Assembly (NCBI GenBank): GCA_002269645.1
Contig: NIVC01000866.1
Location: 406,350-470,349, forward strand
Origin: Macrostomum lignano
Lineage: Eukaryota
Direction: 5' to 3'
Length of the DNA stretch: 64,000 nucleotides
Shown: in pieces, positions 40,906-60,733 of the stretch
Numbering within the stretch: position 1 is the stretch's first letter
How the letters are laid out: every line of letters starts with the position of its first letter
The notes under the pieces: generated by a model
Databases searched by the model: none
What the model saw: the letters and a program-made list of their open reading frames with translations, nothing else
What the model was told of the DNA's origin: nothing
Made by a program: the position numbers and the translations under genes

Positions 40906-43900
40906 ATGTCAGACGAAGACCGCACCAGCAACAACAGCAGCTGCAGCGGTGGCAGCAACCCAGCTGCCCCAATGAAAAGTTCTCTACCAGCTGTTAAGCC
41001 TCGAACTCGCTCTATGCTTGTAGTGTCCAAATCTGAGGCCTCTGAACAGCCTGCAGCCGACCTGAGCTCACCATCTGGAACCTCCGCCGCCTCTCCCGGT
41101 CTCCCTAGCGGCGAGGACAGCATCTCCAGCGGATTATCAGTGCTTAGAGAGCTGGCCGAAGCTCGCAAACTGTACATGAGCACGGCTAGTGAGAATGCTC
41201 AGATGAAGCAGTACGTGGAGGATTTGAATAGCGAGTGCTTGGAACTGCACGACTCCCTGTTTCAGGAGGCTAATAGACAGGTGAGAATGTAGCGAAGCTC
41301 AAGTGTCTTAGATCACTGAAGCATCAAATCTCTCAGATCCCTGAAGCATCAAATCTCTCGGATCACTGAAGCATCAAGTCTCTCAGATCACTGAAGCTGA
41401 GTCTCTCAGTTCACTGAAGCATCAAATCTCTTAGATCACTGAAGCATCAAGTCTCTCAGATCACTGAAGCTGAGTCTCTCAGTTCACTGAAGCATCAAGT
41501 CTCTCAGATCACTGAAGCATCAAGTCTCAGATCACTGAAGCATCAAGTCTCTTAGATCACTGAAGCATCAAGTCTCTCAGATCACTGAAGCATCAAGTCT
41601 CTCAGATCACTGAAGCATCAAGTCTCTTAGATCACTGAAGCATCAAGTCTCTCAGATCACTGAAGCATCAAGTCTCTTAGATCACTGAAGCATCAAGTCT
41701 CTCAGATCACTGAATCATCAAGTCTCTTAGATCACTGAAGCATCAAGTCTCTCAGATCACTGAAGCTGAGTCTCTCAGTTCACTGAAGCATCAAGTCTCT
41801 CAGATCACTGAAGCATCAAGTCTCTCAGATCACTGAAGCATCAAGTCTCTTAGTTCACTGAAGCATCAAGTCTCTCAGATCACTGAAGCATCAAGTCTCT
41901 TAGATCACTGAAGCATCAAGTCTCTCAGATCACTGAAGCATCAAGTCTCAGATCACTGATGCATCAAGTCTCTCAGATCACTGAAGCATCAAGTCTCTCA
42001 GATCACTGAAGCATCAAGTCTCTCAGATCACTGAAGCATCAAGTCTCTTAGATCACTGAAGCATCAAGTCTCTTAGATCACTGAAGCATCAAGTCTCTCA
42101 GATCACTGAAGCATCAAATCTCTCAGATCACTGAAGCATCAAGTCTCTCAGATCACTTAAGCATCAAATCTCTCAGATCACTGAAGCATCAAGTCTCTCA
42201 GATCACTGAAGCTGAGTCTCTCAGTTCACTGAAGCATCAAATCTCTCAGATCACTGAAGCATCAAGTCTCTCAGATCACTTAAGCATCAAATCTCTCAGA
42301 TCACTGAAGCATCAAGTCTCTCAGATCACTTAAGCATCAAATCTCTCAGATCACTGATGCATCAAGTCTCTCAGATCACTGAAGCATCAAGTCTCAGATC
42401 ACTGATGCATCAAGTCTCTCAGATCACTGAAGCTCCCAACTCCCATATTCTCAAGCTCCAGTCCCTTACCCATCCCCGCCAATTATCAGGTAAGCGAAGC
42501 GCTACAAGCCAAGGACCGTGTTGAGAAGCGCTGCATCGAGCTGGAGCGCCAGAACGAAGTGCTGACTAGCGAGGTTGCCGCCCTCAAAGCGCTGATCGAG
42601 CGAGCCTCGCCTTCGCTGTCTGAGTGCGGGCACCGGCGCACAGGGTCCTACTCTGATGTGCGACAGGCGGAGCAGCTGACGGACAGTGATATTCAGAGCT
42701 TTGAGCTGGACCCGCTGGTCTACGGCGAGTTTCTGGACTGGTTGAATTCTCCCGGCTTGGATGCGAGCAAGTCCGCTTTTATGGACCGCATTGTTAACAG
42801 GTGAGAGCCGTGGGATTCCAATCCACGAATCCTGGGATTCCAAGATCCCTAAATCCTGGGATTCCAATCCCTGAATCCTGGTATTCCAATCCCTGAATCC
42901 TGGTATTCCAATCCCTGAATCCTGGTATTCCAATCCCTGAATCCTGGGATTTCAATCCCTGAATCCTGGTATTCCAATCCCTGAATCCTGGGATTTCAAT
43001 CCCTGAATCCTGGTATTCCAATCCCTGAATCCTGGGATTTCAATCCCTGAATCCCTGAATCCTGGGATTCCAATCCCTGAATCCTGGGATTTCAATCCCT
43101 GAATCCTGGTATTCCAATCCCTGAATCCTGGGATTTCAATCCCTGAATCCTGGTATTCCAATCCCTGAATCCTGGGATTCCAATCCCTAAATCCTGGGAT
43201 TCCAATGCTTAAATCCCGAGATTCCATTCCCTAAATCCTGGGATTCCAATCCCTGAATCCTGGGATTTCAATCCCTGAATCCTGGTATTCCAATCCCTGA
43301 ATCCTGGGATTCCAATCCCTAAATCCTGGGATTCCAATGCTTAAATCCCGAGATTCCATTCCCTAAATCCTGGGATTTCAACCCCTAAATCCCGAGATTC
43401 CAATCCCTAAATCCTGGGATTTCAATCCCTGAATCCTGCTATTCCAATCCCTGAATCCTGGGATTTCAATCCCTGAATCCTGGTATTCCAATCCCTGAAT
43501 CCTGGGATTTCAATCCCTGAATCCTGGTATTCCAATCCCTGAATCCTGGGATTCCAATCCCTAAATCCTGGGATTCCAATGCTTAAATCCCGAGATTCCA
43601 TTCCCTAAATCCTGGGATTCCAACCCCTAAATCCCGAGATTCCAATCCCTAAATCCTGGGATTTCAATCCCTGAATCCTGCTATTCCAATCCCTAACACC
43701 CCTAACCCAATCCCTAAATTATCCCACTCGATAATCATTCCTCGCTCCGCCCCGCAGAGACATTCGGTGCTGTCTCGAGTTCGCCAATCGCGACCTCGGC
43801 GCCCAGGTGATCGAGGCGGCCCTCACCAACCAGCTGCACATTGAGGCGCTCACCTCCAACCGCTCGGCGCCCCAGGGCAAGCAGCGCTGCTCGCTGATGA

Positions 43901-44130
43901 AGTCAAAGCTCTGTCACTATCGGGTTCGACTCTCTGAGAGCTCCGACGCCCCTTGGCACTATATATCCCACTGCGCCAGGAATAGAATCATTGCCACCTG
44001 CAATCTGCTGCATTACCTGCGCTACGTACAGCAGGGCCTGCTGCCCAGCGCTACCAGCTCGGATAAATTCACCGAAATACAGAGTCACAGGCGGAATATG
44101 CACCTGGCTATGCTGGGCTTTCAAAAGTGA
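40906..44130 (+). CDS. RAB3IP: Rabin8/GRAB-type Rab guanine nucleotide exchange factor (Sec2 family), 352 aa
   Basis: Exons 40906-41280, 42490-42800, 43758-44130 (phases 0, 2). Sec2 coiled coil LHDSLFQEANRQV..EVAALKALI, then ELDPLVYGEFLDW, RDIRCCLEF, C-terminal RNRIIATCNLLHYLRYVQQGL..MHLAMLGF. Co-ortholog of RAB3IP/RAB3IL1. Confidence 0.9.
41308..42433. repeat. Minisatellite, 25 bp unit (agatcactgaagcatcaagtctctc), RAB3IP intron 1
   Basis: About 45 copies. Confidence 0.96.
42810..43695. repeat. Minisatellite, 22 bp unit (aatccctgaatcctgggattcc), RAB3IP intron 2
   Basis: About 40 copies beginning ~10 nt after the donor. Confidence 0.95.
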
Positions 44131-44239
44131 TTTAATCGCGATGCCTTACCTTAGCGCTCCTGTGCCCGCCTTTGAGTTCACTATAAGACCTCTAGTCTGA
44201 TTCAAATTGGTTGCAATCCCAGAGCTCAAATTTCCCTGA

Positions 44240-45700
44240 GTCTGATCCCAATTGATCCTAACTGTGATTCCTGTAATCTGATTCCATCCCCAAATGTGAT
44301 TCCCATAATCTGATCCCAATTGATCCCAATTGTGATTCCTGTAATCTAATCCTAGTTTATCCCAACTGTAATTCCCATAATCTGATCCCAATTTATCCCA
44401 ACTGTAATTCCTGTAATCTGATCCCAATTTATCCCAACTGTAATTCCTGTAATCTGATCCTAATTTATCCCAACTGTAATTCCCTTAATCTGATCCCAAT
44501 TTATCCCAATTGATCCCAATTGTGATTCCTGTAATCTGATTCCAATTGATCCTAACTGTGATTCCTGTAATCTGATCCCAATTTATCCCAATTGATCCCA
44601 ATTGTGATTCCTGTAATCTGATCCCAATTTATCCCAATTGATCCCAGTTGTGATTCCTGTAATCTGATTCCAATTGATCCCAACTGTGATTCCCATAATC
44701 TGATCCCAATTTATCCCAACTGTGATTCCTGTAATCTGATCCTAATTTATCCCAACTGTAATTCCCTTAATCTGATCCCAGTTTATCCCAACTGTGATTC
44801 CTGTAATCTGATCCCAGTTTATCCCAACTGTGATTCCTGTAATCTGATCCCAGTTTATCCCAACTGTGATTCCTGTAATCTGATCCCAATTTATCCCTAC
44901 TGTAATTCCCTTAATCTCATCCCAGTTTATCCCAACTATGATTCCCTTAATCTGATCCTAATTTATCCCAACTGTGATTCCTGTAATCTGATCCCAGTTT
45001 ATCCCAACTGTAATTCCCATAATCTGATCCCAGTTTATCCCAACTGTGATTCCTGTAATCTGATCCCAATTTATCCCAACTGTGATTCCCTTAATCTGAT
45101 CCTAATTTATCCCAACTGTGAATCCTGTAATCTGATCCCAGTTTATCCCAACTGTAATTCCCATAATCTGATCCCAGTTTATCCCAACTGTGATTCCTGT
45201 AATCTGATCCCAATTGATCCCAACTGTGATTCCTGTAATCTGATCCTAATTTATCCCAACTGTAATTCCCATAATCTGATCCTAATTTATCCCAACTGTA
45301 ATTCCTGTAGTCTGATCCCAATTTATCCCAACTGTAATTCCCATAATCTGATCCCAATTTATCCCAACTGTGATTCCCTTAATCTGATCCCAATTTATCC
45401 CAACTGTAATTCCCTTAATCTGATCCCAATTTATCCCAACTGTAATTCCCTTAATCTGATCCCAATTTATCCCAACTGTGATTCCTGTAATCTGATCCTA
45501 ATTTATCCCAACTGTGATTCCCATAATCTGATCCCAATTGATCCCAACTGTGATTCCCATAATCTGATCCCAATTGATCCCAACTGTGATTCCTGTAATC
45601 TGATCCCAATTGATCCCAACTGTGATTCCCATAATCTGATCCCAATTTATCCCAATTGTGATTCCCATAATCTGATCCCAATTGATCCCAACTATGATCC
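44240..45700. repeat. Minisatellite, 33 bp unit (ctgatcccaatttatcccaactgtgattcctgtaat-like)
   Basis: About 44 copies downstream of the RAB3IP stop. Confidence 0.95.
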
Positions 45701-46283
45701 CATATCCTGATTTGAATTATCGCAATTTAAGAATTTAGACATTATGATCTATCCCTTGAAAATAAAGAAGCCTGATGTAATCTGATTTAGACAGCATGCT
45801 GTATTTGAATGCTTCATTTTTACTGGTGCTGTGTTGATTAGCCTGAAACATTGTCCTGCTTCTTTTTTGACTGCTTCTGCAGTTTTTGCGACCCAATCTG
45901 TCTGGTACCTCCAAAGTACAGTTCCCTGTTCCACAGTTGTAAATCTGCCATCGGATTTAAATATTATTAAATTATTAGTAAGTACACGGTGCACCTGTCT
46001 GTATGAATTCTGTTTCGCGCCTTTGCTAGCATATTTTGTGTAATTAAATTTATTCACTTGTATTAGCTGCTACTGGTTAGCCGTTGAAAACGTTATCGGG
46101 GCAAGAATAACTAAAGAGTAATGGATCCCTAAAATCCTGGGATTCCTATCCCTAAATCATAAAGAGTCATTGAAAACAGTTTGCTAGTGACTCTGGCGAC
46201 TCTGGTGACTTTTTCTGAGAATCTTTCGACTCAGATGATTCTACAGCAACTCTAGTACGCCTCAGGTGCGACTCTACGGCCCC

Positions 46284-46576
46284 TAATAATAATAATAAAT
46301 ATTTACTACACCTGTCCTAATGGGCCAGATGTAAAACCGACGTGAAGGCTGCGTACGGCTGTTCAGTCCAAGGACTGGAGGGGGGTCGCCACACGCACCC
46401 TCAGATACCCCAGCTAATCCTGGCATCCATTCTACAGCTGGCTTAAACTGAAGCAGTGCAGAAATTTATAAAGTGTCTTGCTCAATGGCTCTAAATGTTC
46501 CGAGTGGGTCGGGAATCGAACCCCCGACCTTTCAAGTCGTGAGTGAGTCCGCCGCTCTAACCACTAGGCTGTAACC
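46284..46576 (-). mobile_element. tRNA-derived SINE (~290 bp) with V/CORE-like central motif and (ATT)n tail
   Basis: rc head GGTTACAGCCTAGTGGTTAGAGCG...GGGGTTCGATTCCCGACC (A and B boxes), then CCATTGAGCAAGACACTTTA (V/CORE-like), CAGCTGTAGAATGGATGCC, and tail TTATTATTATTATTA. Confidence 0.85.
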
Positions 46577-47254
46577 CTCCCAGGGTCATCCCAGAGTCGA
46601 CTTGTACAAATTGTACTTTAAATACCCTTTAGTTGCACTGCTTTGACTCAGCCCTGCTCACTTTCTGTTACTGCGATTTTATGTGCCACTTGGAGCTTTA
46701 AAATTTCTCATATTTTTTATGCTTTTTTCAATTTAATATTTTTTTGGCCTTAACAATTTATACTTGGGCGATTTTAAGCACTTGATTAGCTACTTATTGC
46801 AGTAGTGTGTAATGAACAGGCCTTTCCCTAATGGATACTATTTAAAACAAAGAGCTATCTCAAATCTTGTCGATTTTCTGTGATTTTCCATTTAATTCCA
46901 GTCTGTCAATAACACCGCAGAGTTGCCATGAAACAGTTGTGAAATGTGCCTGGGTCCCCTGACCTTCTGAAAATATCATTAATAATAATATAATTGCGCT
47001 GCCAGTTTGATGGCACAGAGTTAGTCGCCACTTTTTTACTTTATAATGTACTTCAAAGATCTCACATAGTATTACAGAGTTTCATTTATATATTGGTTAG
47101 TTTGTCAATCAATTTATTATTCATTTTTAAATGCTGATTGAAAAAGCTATAATTGCTGTCAGGACTTTGTGAATTGGCTTTGGGCTTATTTATTCATTAG
47201 CCTTCGAATTCCTAGTAAACTAATTAATTTCCACTAAAATTCCCGTTCAAAATT

Positions 47255-48150
47255 GTCCCCAAATCTGATCCCATTACATATTTATTCCTTAAATCTGATC
47301 CCATTAAATATTTATTCCCCAAATCTGATCCCATTTCATATTTATTCCCCAAATCTGATCCCATTACATATTTATTCTTTAAATCTGATCCCATTTCATA
47401 TTTCTTCCCCAAATCTGATCCCATTTCATATTTATTCCCCAAATCTGATCCCATTTCATATTTATTCCCCAAATCTGATCCCATTACATATTTATTCCCC
47501 AAATCTGATCCCATTACATATTTATTCCCCAAATTTGATCCCATTACATATTTATTCCCCAAATCTGATTCCATTACATATTTATTCTTTAAATCTGATC
47601 CCATTTCATATTTATTCCCCAAATCTAATCCCATTTCATATTTATTCCCCAAATCTGATCCCATTTCATATTTATTCCCCAAATCTGATCCCATTACATA
47701 TTTATTCCCCAAATCCGATCCCATTACATATTCCCCAAATCTGATCCCATTACATATTTATTCCCCAAATCTGATCCCATTTCATATTTATTCCCCAAAT
47801 CTGATCCCATTACATATTTATTCCCCAAATCCGATCCCATTACATATTCCCCAAATCTGATCCCATTACATATTTATTCCCCAAATCCGATCCCATTTCA
47901 TATTTATTCCCCAAATCTGATCCCATTACATATTTATTCCCCAAATCCGATCCCATTTCATATTTATTCCCCAAATCCGATCCCATTACATATTTATTCC
48001 CCAAATCTGATCCCATTACATATTTATTCCCCAAATCTGATCCCATTACATATTTATTCCCCAAATCTGATCCCATTTCATATTTATTCCCCAAATCTGA
48101 TCCCATTTCATATTTATTTCCCAAATCTGATCCCATTTCATATTTAATCC
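47255..48150. repeat. Minisatellite, 30 bp unit (ccccaaatctgatcccattacatatttatt)
   Basis: About 30 copies. Confidence 0.95.
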
Positions 48151-48382
48151 CCATACATGGATGTGATCCCATCCTTACTGTAGTCCCCAATTACAATCCC
48201 ATTTCATGATGAATCCTCATCACTGATAAAAATCCCATTTCCTACAATACATCGGTGCCCTTACATTCGGATTTAGTTAAGCATTCAGATTTCATTACTT
48301 TTCATTACTAATCATCCAACTGAGTCGTTTAATCCCAGCTTTAATCCTTTGAATCCCCCGACCGCTGATCCCCTTCTTGCAG

Positions 48383-54212
<5,830 letters not shown>

Positions 54213-54237
<25 letters not shown>

Positions 54238-54575
54238 CTGCTATGCCTCAGTGTGGCGCCACATTCCCCAGCTATCATGCCACAGTGTGGCAAGACATTT
54301 CCCAGCTGCCATGCTTCAGTGTGGCGCCACATTCCCTAGCTGTCATGCTTCTATGTGGCGCCACATTTCCCAGCTGCCATGCTTCAGTGTGGCGCCACAT
54401 TCCCCAGCTGCCATGCTTCAGTGTGGCGCCACATTCCCTAGCTGCCATGCCTCAATGTGGCGCCACATTCCCCAGCTGCCATGCCTCAATGTGGCGCCAC
54501 ATTCCCTAGCTGTCATGCCTCAGTGTGGCGCCATATTCCCCAGCTGTCATGCCTCAGTGTGGCGCCACACTTCCC
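54213..54575. repeat. Minisatellite, ~33-34 bp unit (gtgtggcgccacattcccagctgccatgcttca)
   Basis: About 11 copies. Confidence 0.93.
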
Positions 54576-55004
54576 AGTTTCAAATTCAGTTTTATGTAGA
54601 TCGAAAATCTGCAAGCACTGTGAGATGTTTCCAATTAATATTTCACTTATTAAAGATGCTAGGAACATTTTTATTAAGGCGATATTGCATTTTATTGCGT
54701 TCGCATTAAACAGTTGATGACATTTTCTAAAATTCATTATATTTAGTTCATTGCTTTGTACTTTTATAAGCTGTCTAATGTTTTTATTTATGGTGCAATT
54801 TATTATACTCTGCTGCTTTATTAGCAATTATAAGCAATTTCTGTAGCTAGCTGTCAATCTGAAAATTAACTGCAACTTTCATTATTTTCGAATGCTCCTA
54901 GTATATAGCGATGTAGTATACATTAATATAGGTTAGATATTCTTCATTCTGTCTATCAATTTCTGCTCAAATTTCTTGTTATTCCAAAACAAATTTCAGC
55001 CAGC

Positions 55005-58000
55005 ATGGCGTCAACTGAGCCTAATGATGCCACCAAGGAGCCGGGATTCAACCTGCCGCCCGGCTACTATGAGGCTATAAGAGGTGAGACAGTGATTGCG
55101 TTGAGTTGGAGTTTATTGATATGCGTAGGCGGTGGCTACGGATATGCTTGGGCGGAAGGGGTGAGTAGGCGGATGCGTGGGCGGAAGGGGTGAGTAGGCA
55201 GGTGCGTGTGCGGAAAGGGTGAGTAGGCGGGTGCATGGGCGGAAAGGGTGAGTAGGCGGATGCGTGGGCGGAAAGGGTGAGTAGGCAGGTGCGTGTGCGG
55301 AAAGGGTGAGTAGGCGGGTGCATGGGCGGAAAGGGTGAGTAGGTGGATGCGTGGGCGGAAAGGGTGAGTAGGTGGATGCGTGGGCGGAAAGGGTGAGTAG
55401 GCGGATGCGTGGGCGGAAGGGGTGAGTAGGCGGATGCGTGGGCGGAAGGGTGAGTAGGCAGATGCGTGGGTGGAAGGGTGAGTAGGCAGATGCGTGGGCG
55501 GAAGGGGTGAGTAGGTGGATGAGTGGGTGGAAGGGTGAGTAGGCGGATGCGTGGGCGGAAGGGGTGAGTAGGCGGATGAGTGGGTGGAAGGGTGAGTAGG
55601 CGGATGCGTGGGCGGAAGGGGTGAGTAGGCGGATGCAAAGCCCCACGGCAACGCATTCCAGACGCCGACCTGTACCAGCTGCCCGCCTACGCCAACGATG
55701 ACGCCTCGGCCTGCCCACCGCCGATTCCATGCCAGCCGAGATATCCACCGCCGCCGCAGTCGGCGACCCTGCCGCAGGGCTCGTCTGTCAAAGGCTCGAA
55801 TTCGTCGATCGACCGGCCAATGCAGCGTTTCGAGCAGCTGCTGACTGCGGTGGATTTCTTCCCAGCCTGCGTTGCCCCGGGTAACCTGCAGGCGCAGCGG
55901 TGTCCGCAGTTTATGCCGTTTAAGTGAGCAAGTCTAGCTCTGTATTGGTGGTACTGCGGTCTCCTGTCCATTTGTCAAATCTCTCTCAGTCTCATAGCCA
56001 TATATAAAATCTCTCTCAGAATCTCATAGCCATGTATCAAATCTCTCTCAGAGTCTCATAGCCATATATAAAATCTCTCTCAGAATCTCATAACCATGTG
56101 TCAAATCTCTCTCAAAGTCTCATGCCCGTCTGTCAAATCTCTCTGAGTCTCATGCCTGACTGCCAAATCTCTCTCAGAGTCTCATGCCTGACTGTCAAAT
56201 CTCTCTCAGAGTCTCATGCCTGACTGTCAAATCTCTCTCAGAGTCTCATGCCTGACTGTCAAATCTCTCTCAGAGTCTCATGCCTGACTGTCAAATCTCT
56301 CTCAGAGTCTCATGCCCGTCTGTCAAATCTCTCTCAGAGTCTCATGCCTGACTGTCAAATCTCTCTCAGAGTCTCATGCCCGTCTGTCAAATCTCTCTCA
56401 GAGTCTCATGCCTGACTGTCAAATCTCTCTGGGAGCCTCATTCCCCATCTCTCTCAGAATCTCATTACCATCAATCAAATCTCTTTCAGAATCTCATAGC
56501 TACGAGTATCTATCAAATCAACTCTTTTTTCAGAGTCTCATGCGCATCTATTAAATTTTCCATCGCTAAAAGTGCACATGTACTTTTCGTTCTCAAAAGT
56601 GCATCCATTCTATCCCTCAAGCACGGTGGTGTCGGCCGCCAACAACTGGCTGGCGAGCAACCGCGGCATCTCCGCCCTGGTCCGGTGCGAGTGCATCGAG
56701 CGGATGGCCAACATGCAGGGCGAGCTGCAGCCCGAGGCGGCCCTGCAGCACGAGCCTGGCCGCCTCATCCGCGCCTTCGTCGTCGGGCTCCGCCTGTGGT
56801 GCCGGCAGGAGCCGCGGGCCAGCCTGAAGGAGATCGAGCCAACCCAGATCTGGTACATCAACGCTATGCCGAGAATTGAGCAGCGAACCATTGCCGCTCA
56901 AGTGCGGCCCGGGTTCGGCTTTGACGAGTCCGCTGGCGGCATGGACAACTACGGCATGTCCGCCTGTGTGCCAACCTTTACTAAAGAGTTCTCCGTGCCC
57001 TTTGTTGAGCCGCTGTCCGAGTTTCTGCCCAGGATCAACGAATGGCTGTCGGCCAGTCCTCCGCCTGGCAGGATCTGCGGTGTCCAGACCATGCTGCTTC
57101 GGTGTGCAGTTGATCAGCGAAAGTTCGACTTGGACGCCACGGTTCAGTGGCACCTGGCAGAGGTCAGCAGGATGCGGCTGTTTTATTACCGGCTGTTCTA
57201 CATTGTGGGAGACCCGCTGCCGCGGCAGGAGATCGGGATCAAGGTTGGCGCAGTTGGCCTTGCGACTATGGAATTCTATGGATCGTCCTGAAACCCTATG
57301 AGAACTCGCCCTAAAACCCTATGAGAACTCGCCCTATAACCATATGAGAACTCGCCCTAAAACCCTATGAGAACTCGCCCTATAACCCTATGAGAACTCG
57401 TCCTATAACCCTATGAGAACTCGCCCTATAACCCTATGAGAAATCGCCCTAAAACCCTATGAGAAATCGCTTAAACACCTCATGAGAAATCGCTTAAACA
57501 CCTCATGAGAAATCGCTTAAACACCTCATGAGAAATCGCTTAAAAACCTCATGAGAAATCGCCCCAAAACCTTATGAGAAATCGCCCTAAAACCCTATAA
57601 GAAATCGCCCTAAAACCCTATGAGAAATCGCCCTAAAACCCTATGAGAAATCGCCCTAAAACCCTATGAGAAATCGCCCTAAAACCCTATGAGAAATCGC
57701 CCTAAAACCCTATGAGAAATCGCCCTAAAACCCTATGAGAAATCGCCCTAAAACCCTATGAGAAATCGCCCTAAAACCCTATGAGAATTCGCCCTAAAAC
57801 CCTATAAGAAATCGCCCTAAAACCCTATGAGAAATCGCCCTAAAACCCTATGAGAAATCGCCCTAAAACCTTATAAGAAATCGCCCTAAAACCCTAAAAG
57901 AAATCGCCCTAAAACCCTATAAGAAAGAGCCTTAAAATATTGACAAGAGAGATATGCTTGATAGGAATCCAATAATACCAAGTCTCCCGCTAACTCTATC

Positions 58001-60353
58001 CAGGTATTCGTGCCAGACGTGCACCCGGACTACAAGCCCCGCAAATGCACAGCAACTTGCACAGGCACAGCATGATCATTCCCGCGCCAAATCGATACGA
58101 AGATTACCAGACTGTTCTGACCAATGCGCTGTCGTTTGCCTCCACTCTCACCGGAGCTCGGGTCACCGACGTGCAGAGCTTCAACATCACCACCTGCGGT
58201 TGGTGCTCTATGTACTTGTTCTGTCTCTACTCTCTTGCCTTGCCCATCTCCCCTCTCCGATCTCCCAACCCCCCTATCCCGTCTCCCCTCCCATCTCCCT
58301 CTCCGTCTCCCATCTCCCCTATCCCGTCTCCCTTCTTCCAATTCCCATCTCCTATCTCCCCTCTCCGATCTCCGATCTCCCCTCTCCGATCTCCCATCTC
58401 CCCTCTCCCGTCTCCCCTCCCATCTCCCCTCTCCCGTCTCCCATCTCCCCTCTCCCGTCTCCCATCTCCCCTCTCCCGTCTCCCATCTCCCTCTCCCGTC
58501 TCCCATCTCCCCTCTCCCGTCTCCCATCTCCCCTATCCCGTCTCCCCTCTTTCACTTCCCATCTCCCATCTCCTCTCTCCCGTCTCCCCTCTTATCTCTC
58601 CTCGTCTCTCCTTCCCCCTATCCTACGAGTAGTTTCCCATCTCCTATAATCTCTATCATTCCTATCCTTTATCTGGCCTGCTTTTCCTGTCTCCCACGTC
58701 TCCCACGTGTGCTTACCTAGCAAAAGTGTCCCATACCCATACCGATACACCCGCAGACTTCCTAATGAGCCCGGTGCAAATCGCTCTGCGCAGTCAACGC
58801 GAGGCGGACGATCAGCAGCAGCTGGGGCCCAGCAACATGAACAAACTGCTGCAACTTGACGGCAACATGTCTTATGAGTTCCTGCCGGCTGGCGTGCCCT
58901 TCAGGGAGCACACCTGCATCCGGGTGAGGAGAGCTGTGCTCAGGGGAAATGTGTACAGAGAGGTGTACCGGTACAGAGATGTTTACAGAAGGATGTGTAC
59001 AGATGTGTGTACGGATAGATATGCACAGATATTTGTTCAGAGGCGTGTACAGATGGGTGTGTACAGATATTTGTTCAGAGGCGTGTACAGATGGATGTGT
59101 ACAGATATTTGTTCAGAGGCGTGTACAGATGGATGTGTACAGATGGGTGTGTACAGATGGATGTGTACAGATGGGTGTGTACAGATGGGTGTGTACATAT
59201 GGATGTGTACAGATGGATGTTTACAGATGGGTGTGTACAGATGGATGTGTACAGATGGGTGTGTACAGATGGATGTGTACAGATATTTCTTCAGAAACGT
59301 GTACAGATGGATGTGTACAGATGGATGTGTACAAATGGATGTGTACAGATGGATGTGTACAGATGGGTGTGTACAGATGGATGTGTACAGATGGGTGTGT
59401 ACAGATGGATGTGTACAGATGGGTGTGTACAGATGGATGTGTACAGATGGGTGTGTACAGATGGGTGTGTACAGATGGGTGTGTACAGATGGGTGTGTAC
59501 AGATGGATGTGTACAGATAGGTGTACAGATGGGTGTGTACAGATGGGTGTGTACAGATGGGTGTGTACAGATGGGTGTGTACAGATGGGTGTGTACAGAT
59601 GGATGTGTACAGATGGGTGTGTACAGATGGGTGTGTACAGATGGATGTGTACAGATGGATGTGTACAGATGGGTGTGTACAGATGGGTGTGTACAGATGG
59701 ATGTGTACAGAGTTTTTTTCAGAGGTGTACAGATGGATGTGTACAGAGGTTTGTTCAGAGGTGTGTACAAAGATTGTACACAGGGATGTGTGTTCAAAGA
59801 AGTGTGTACAGAAGTGATAGATCTGAAATCAAGCGAAATCCCTCATTAATTCCCCACCCAGGTGGCCTACGTGAAGTCGCCTCTCACAGCCGGGCTGCAG
59901 ACAGGCCTGCCCACAAACTCGGCCTGGTGACCTCGAAGCTGTTTGTGCCCGACCGGATCTCGGTGAAGAGTTTCGAACCGCTGAACAGATTCATGCAGCG
60001 ACTGCTTGATGGCGCCGCCAAGGCCAGTGAGTGGCTCCAGTGTTTACGTGCGCTTCTGATTCCTCAATCTGGGACAACTAGAATCCTCATAAATTAGAGT
60101 CCCCACAAACTACATTGCTCATAAACTAGAGTCCTCTTAAACAAGATTTCTCATAAACTACTTTGAAACTTGCTCTTGCTTTCAGACTGTAGAGTTCTCA
60201 CTGCCGAGACATTCAACATGTACGTGGACCGACTGCTGCGTCCATTAATACAGAGCTCACCTACAGGCCTGAGCTGGCTTACAACGGACGATACCGACTC
60301 ACCGTTGTCAGGTGCGTTCAATACTGTGTTCACAGTTCACTGTTTGAGCTCTC

Positions 60354-60445
<92 letters not shown>

Positions 60446-60504
60446 GGCATTAAGACAGACACACACACAGACAGATAGACAGACAGATAGACAGACAGAC
60501 AGAC

Positions 60505-60541
<37 letters not shown>

Positions 60542-60568
60542 GGCATTAAGACAGACAGACACACAGAC

Positions 60569-60613
<45 letters not shown>

Positions 60614-60640
60614 GGCATTAAGACAGACAGACACACAGAC

Positions 60641-60679
<39 letters not shown>

Positions 60680-60696
60680 TAGACCGACAGACACAC

Positions 60697-60733
<37 letters not shown>

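Noticed and set aside
45749-46057. 102-aa minus-strand ORF
   Set aside because: No recognisable motif, no GC3 bias like the real exons, no splice support.
58726-60097. 264-382 aa VQMGVYRWMCTDGC ORFs
   Set aside because: Only 58757-58923 and 59862-60026 are exonic; the rest is a 14-bp intronic array.
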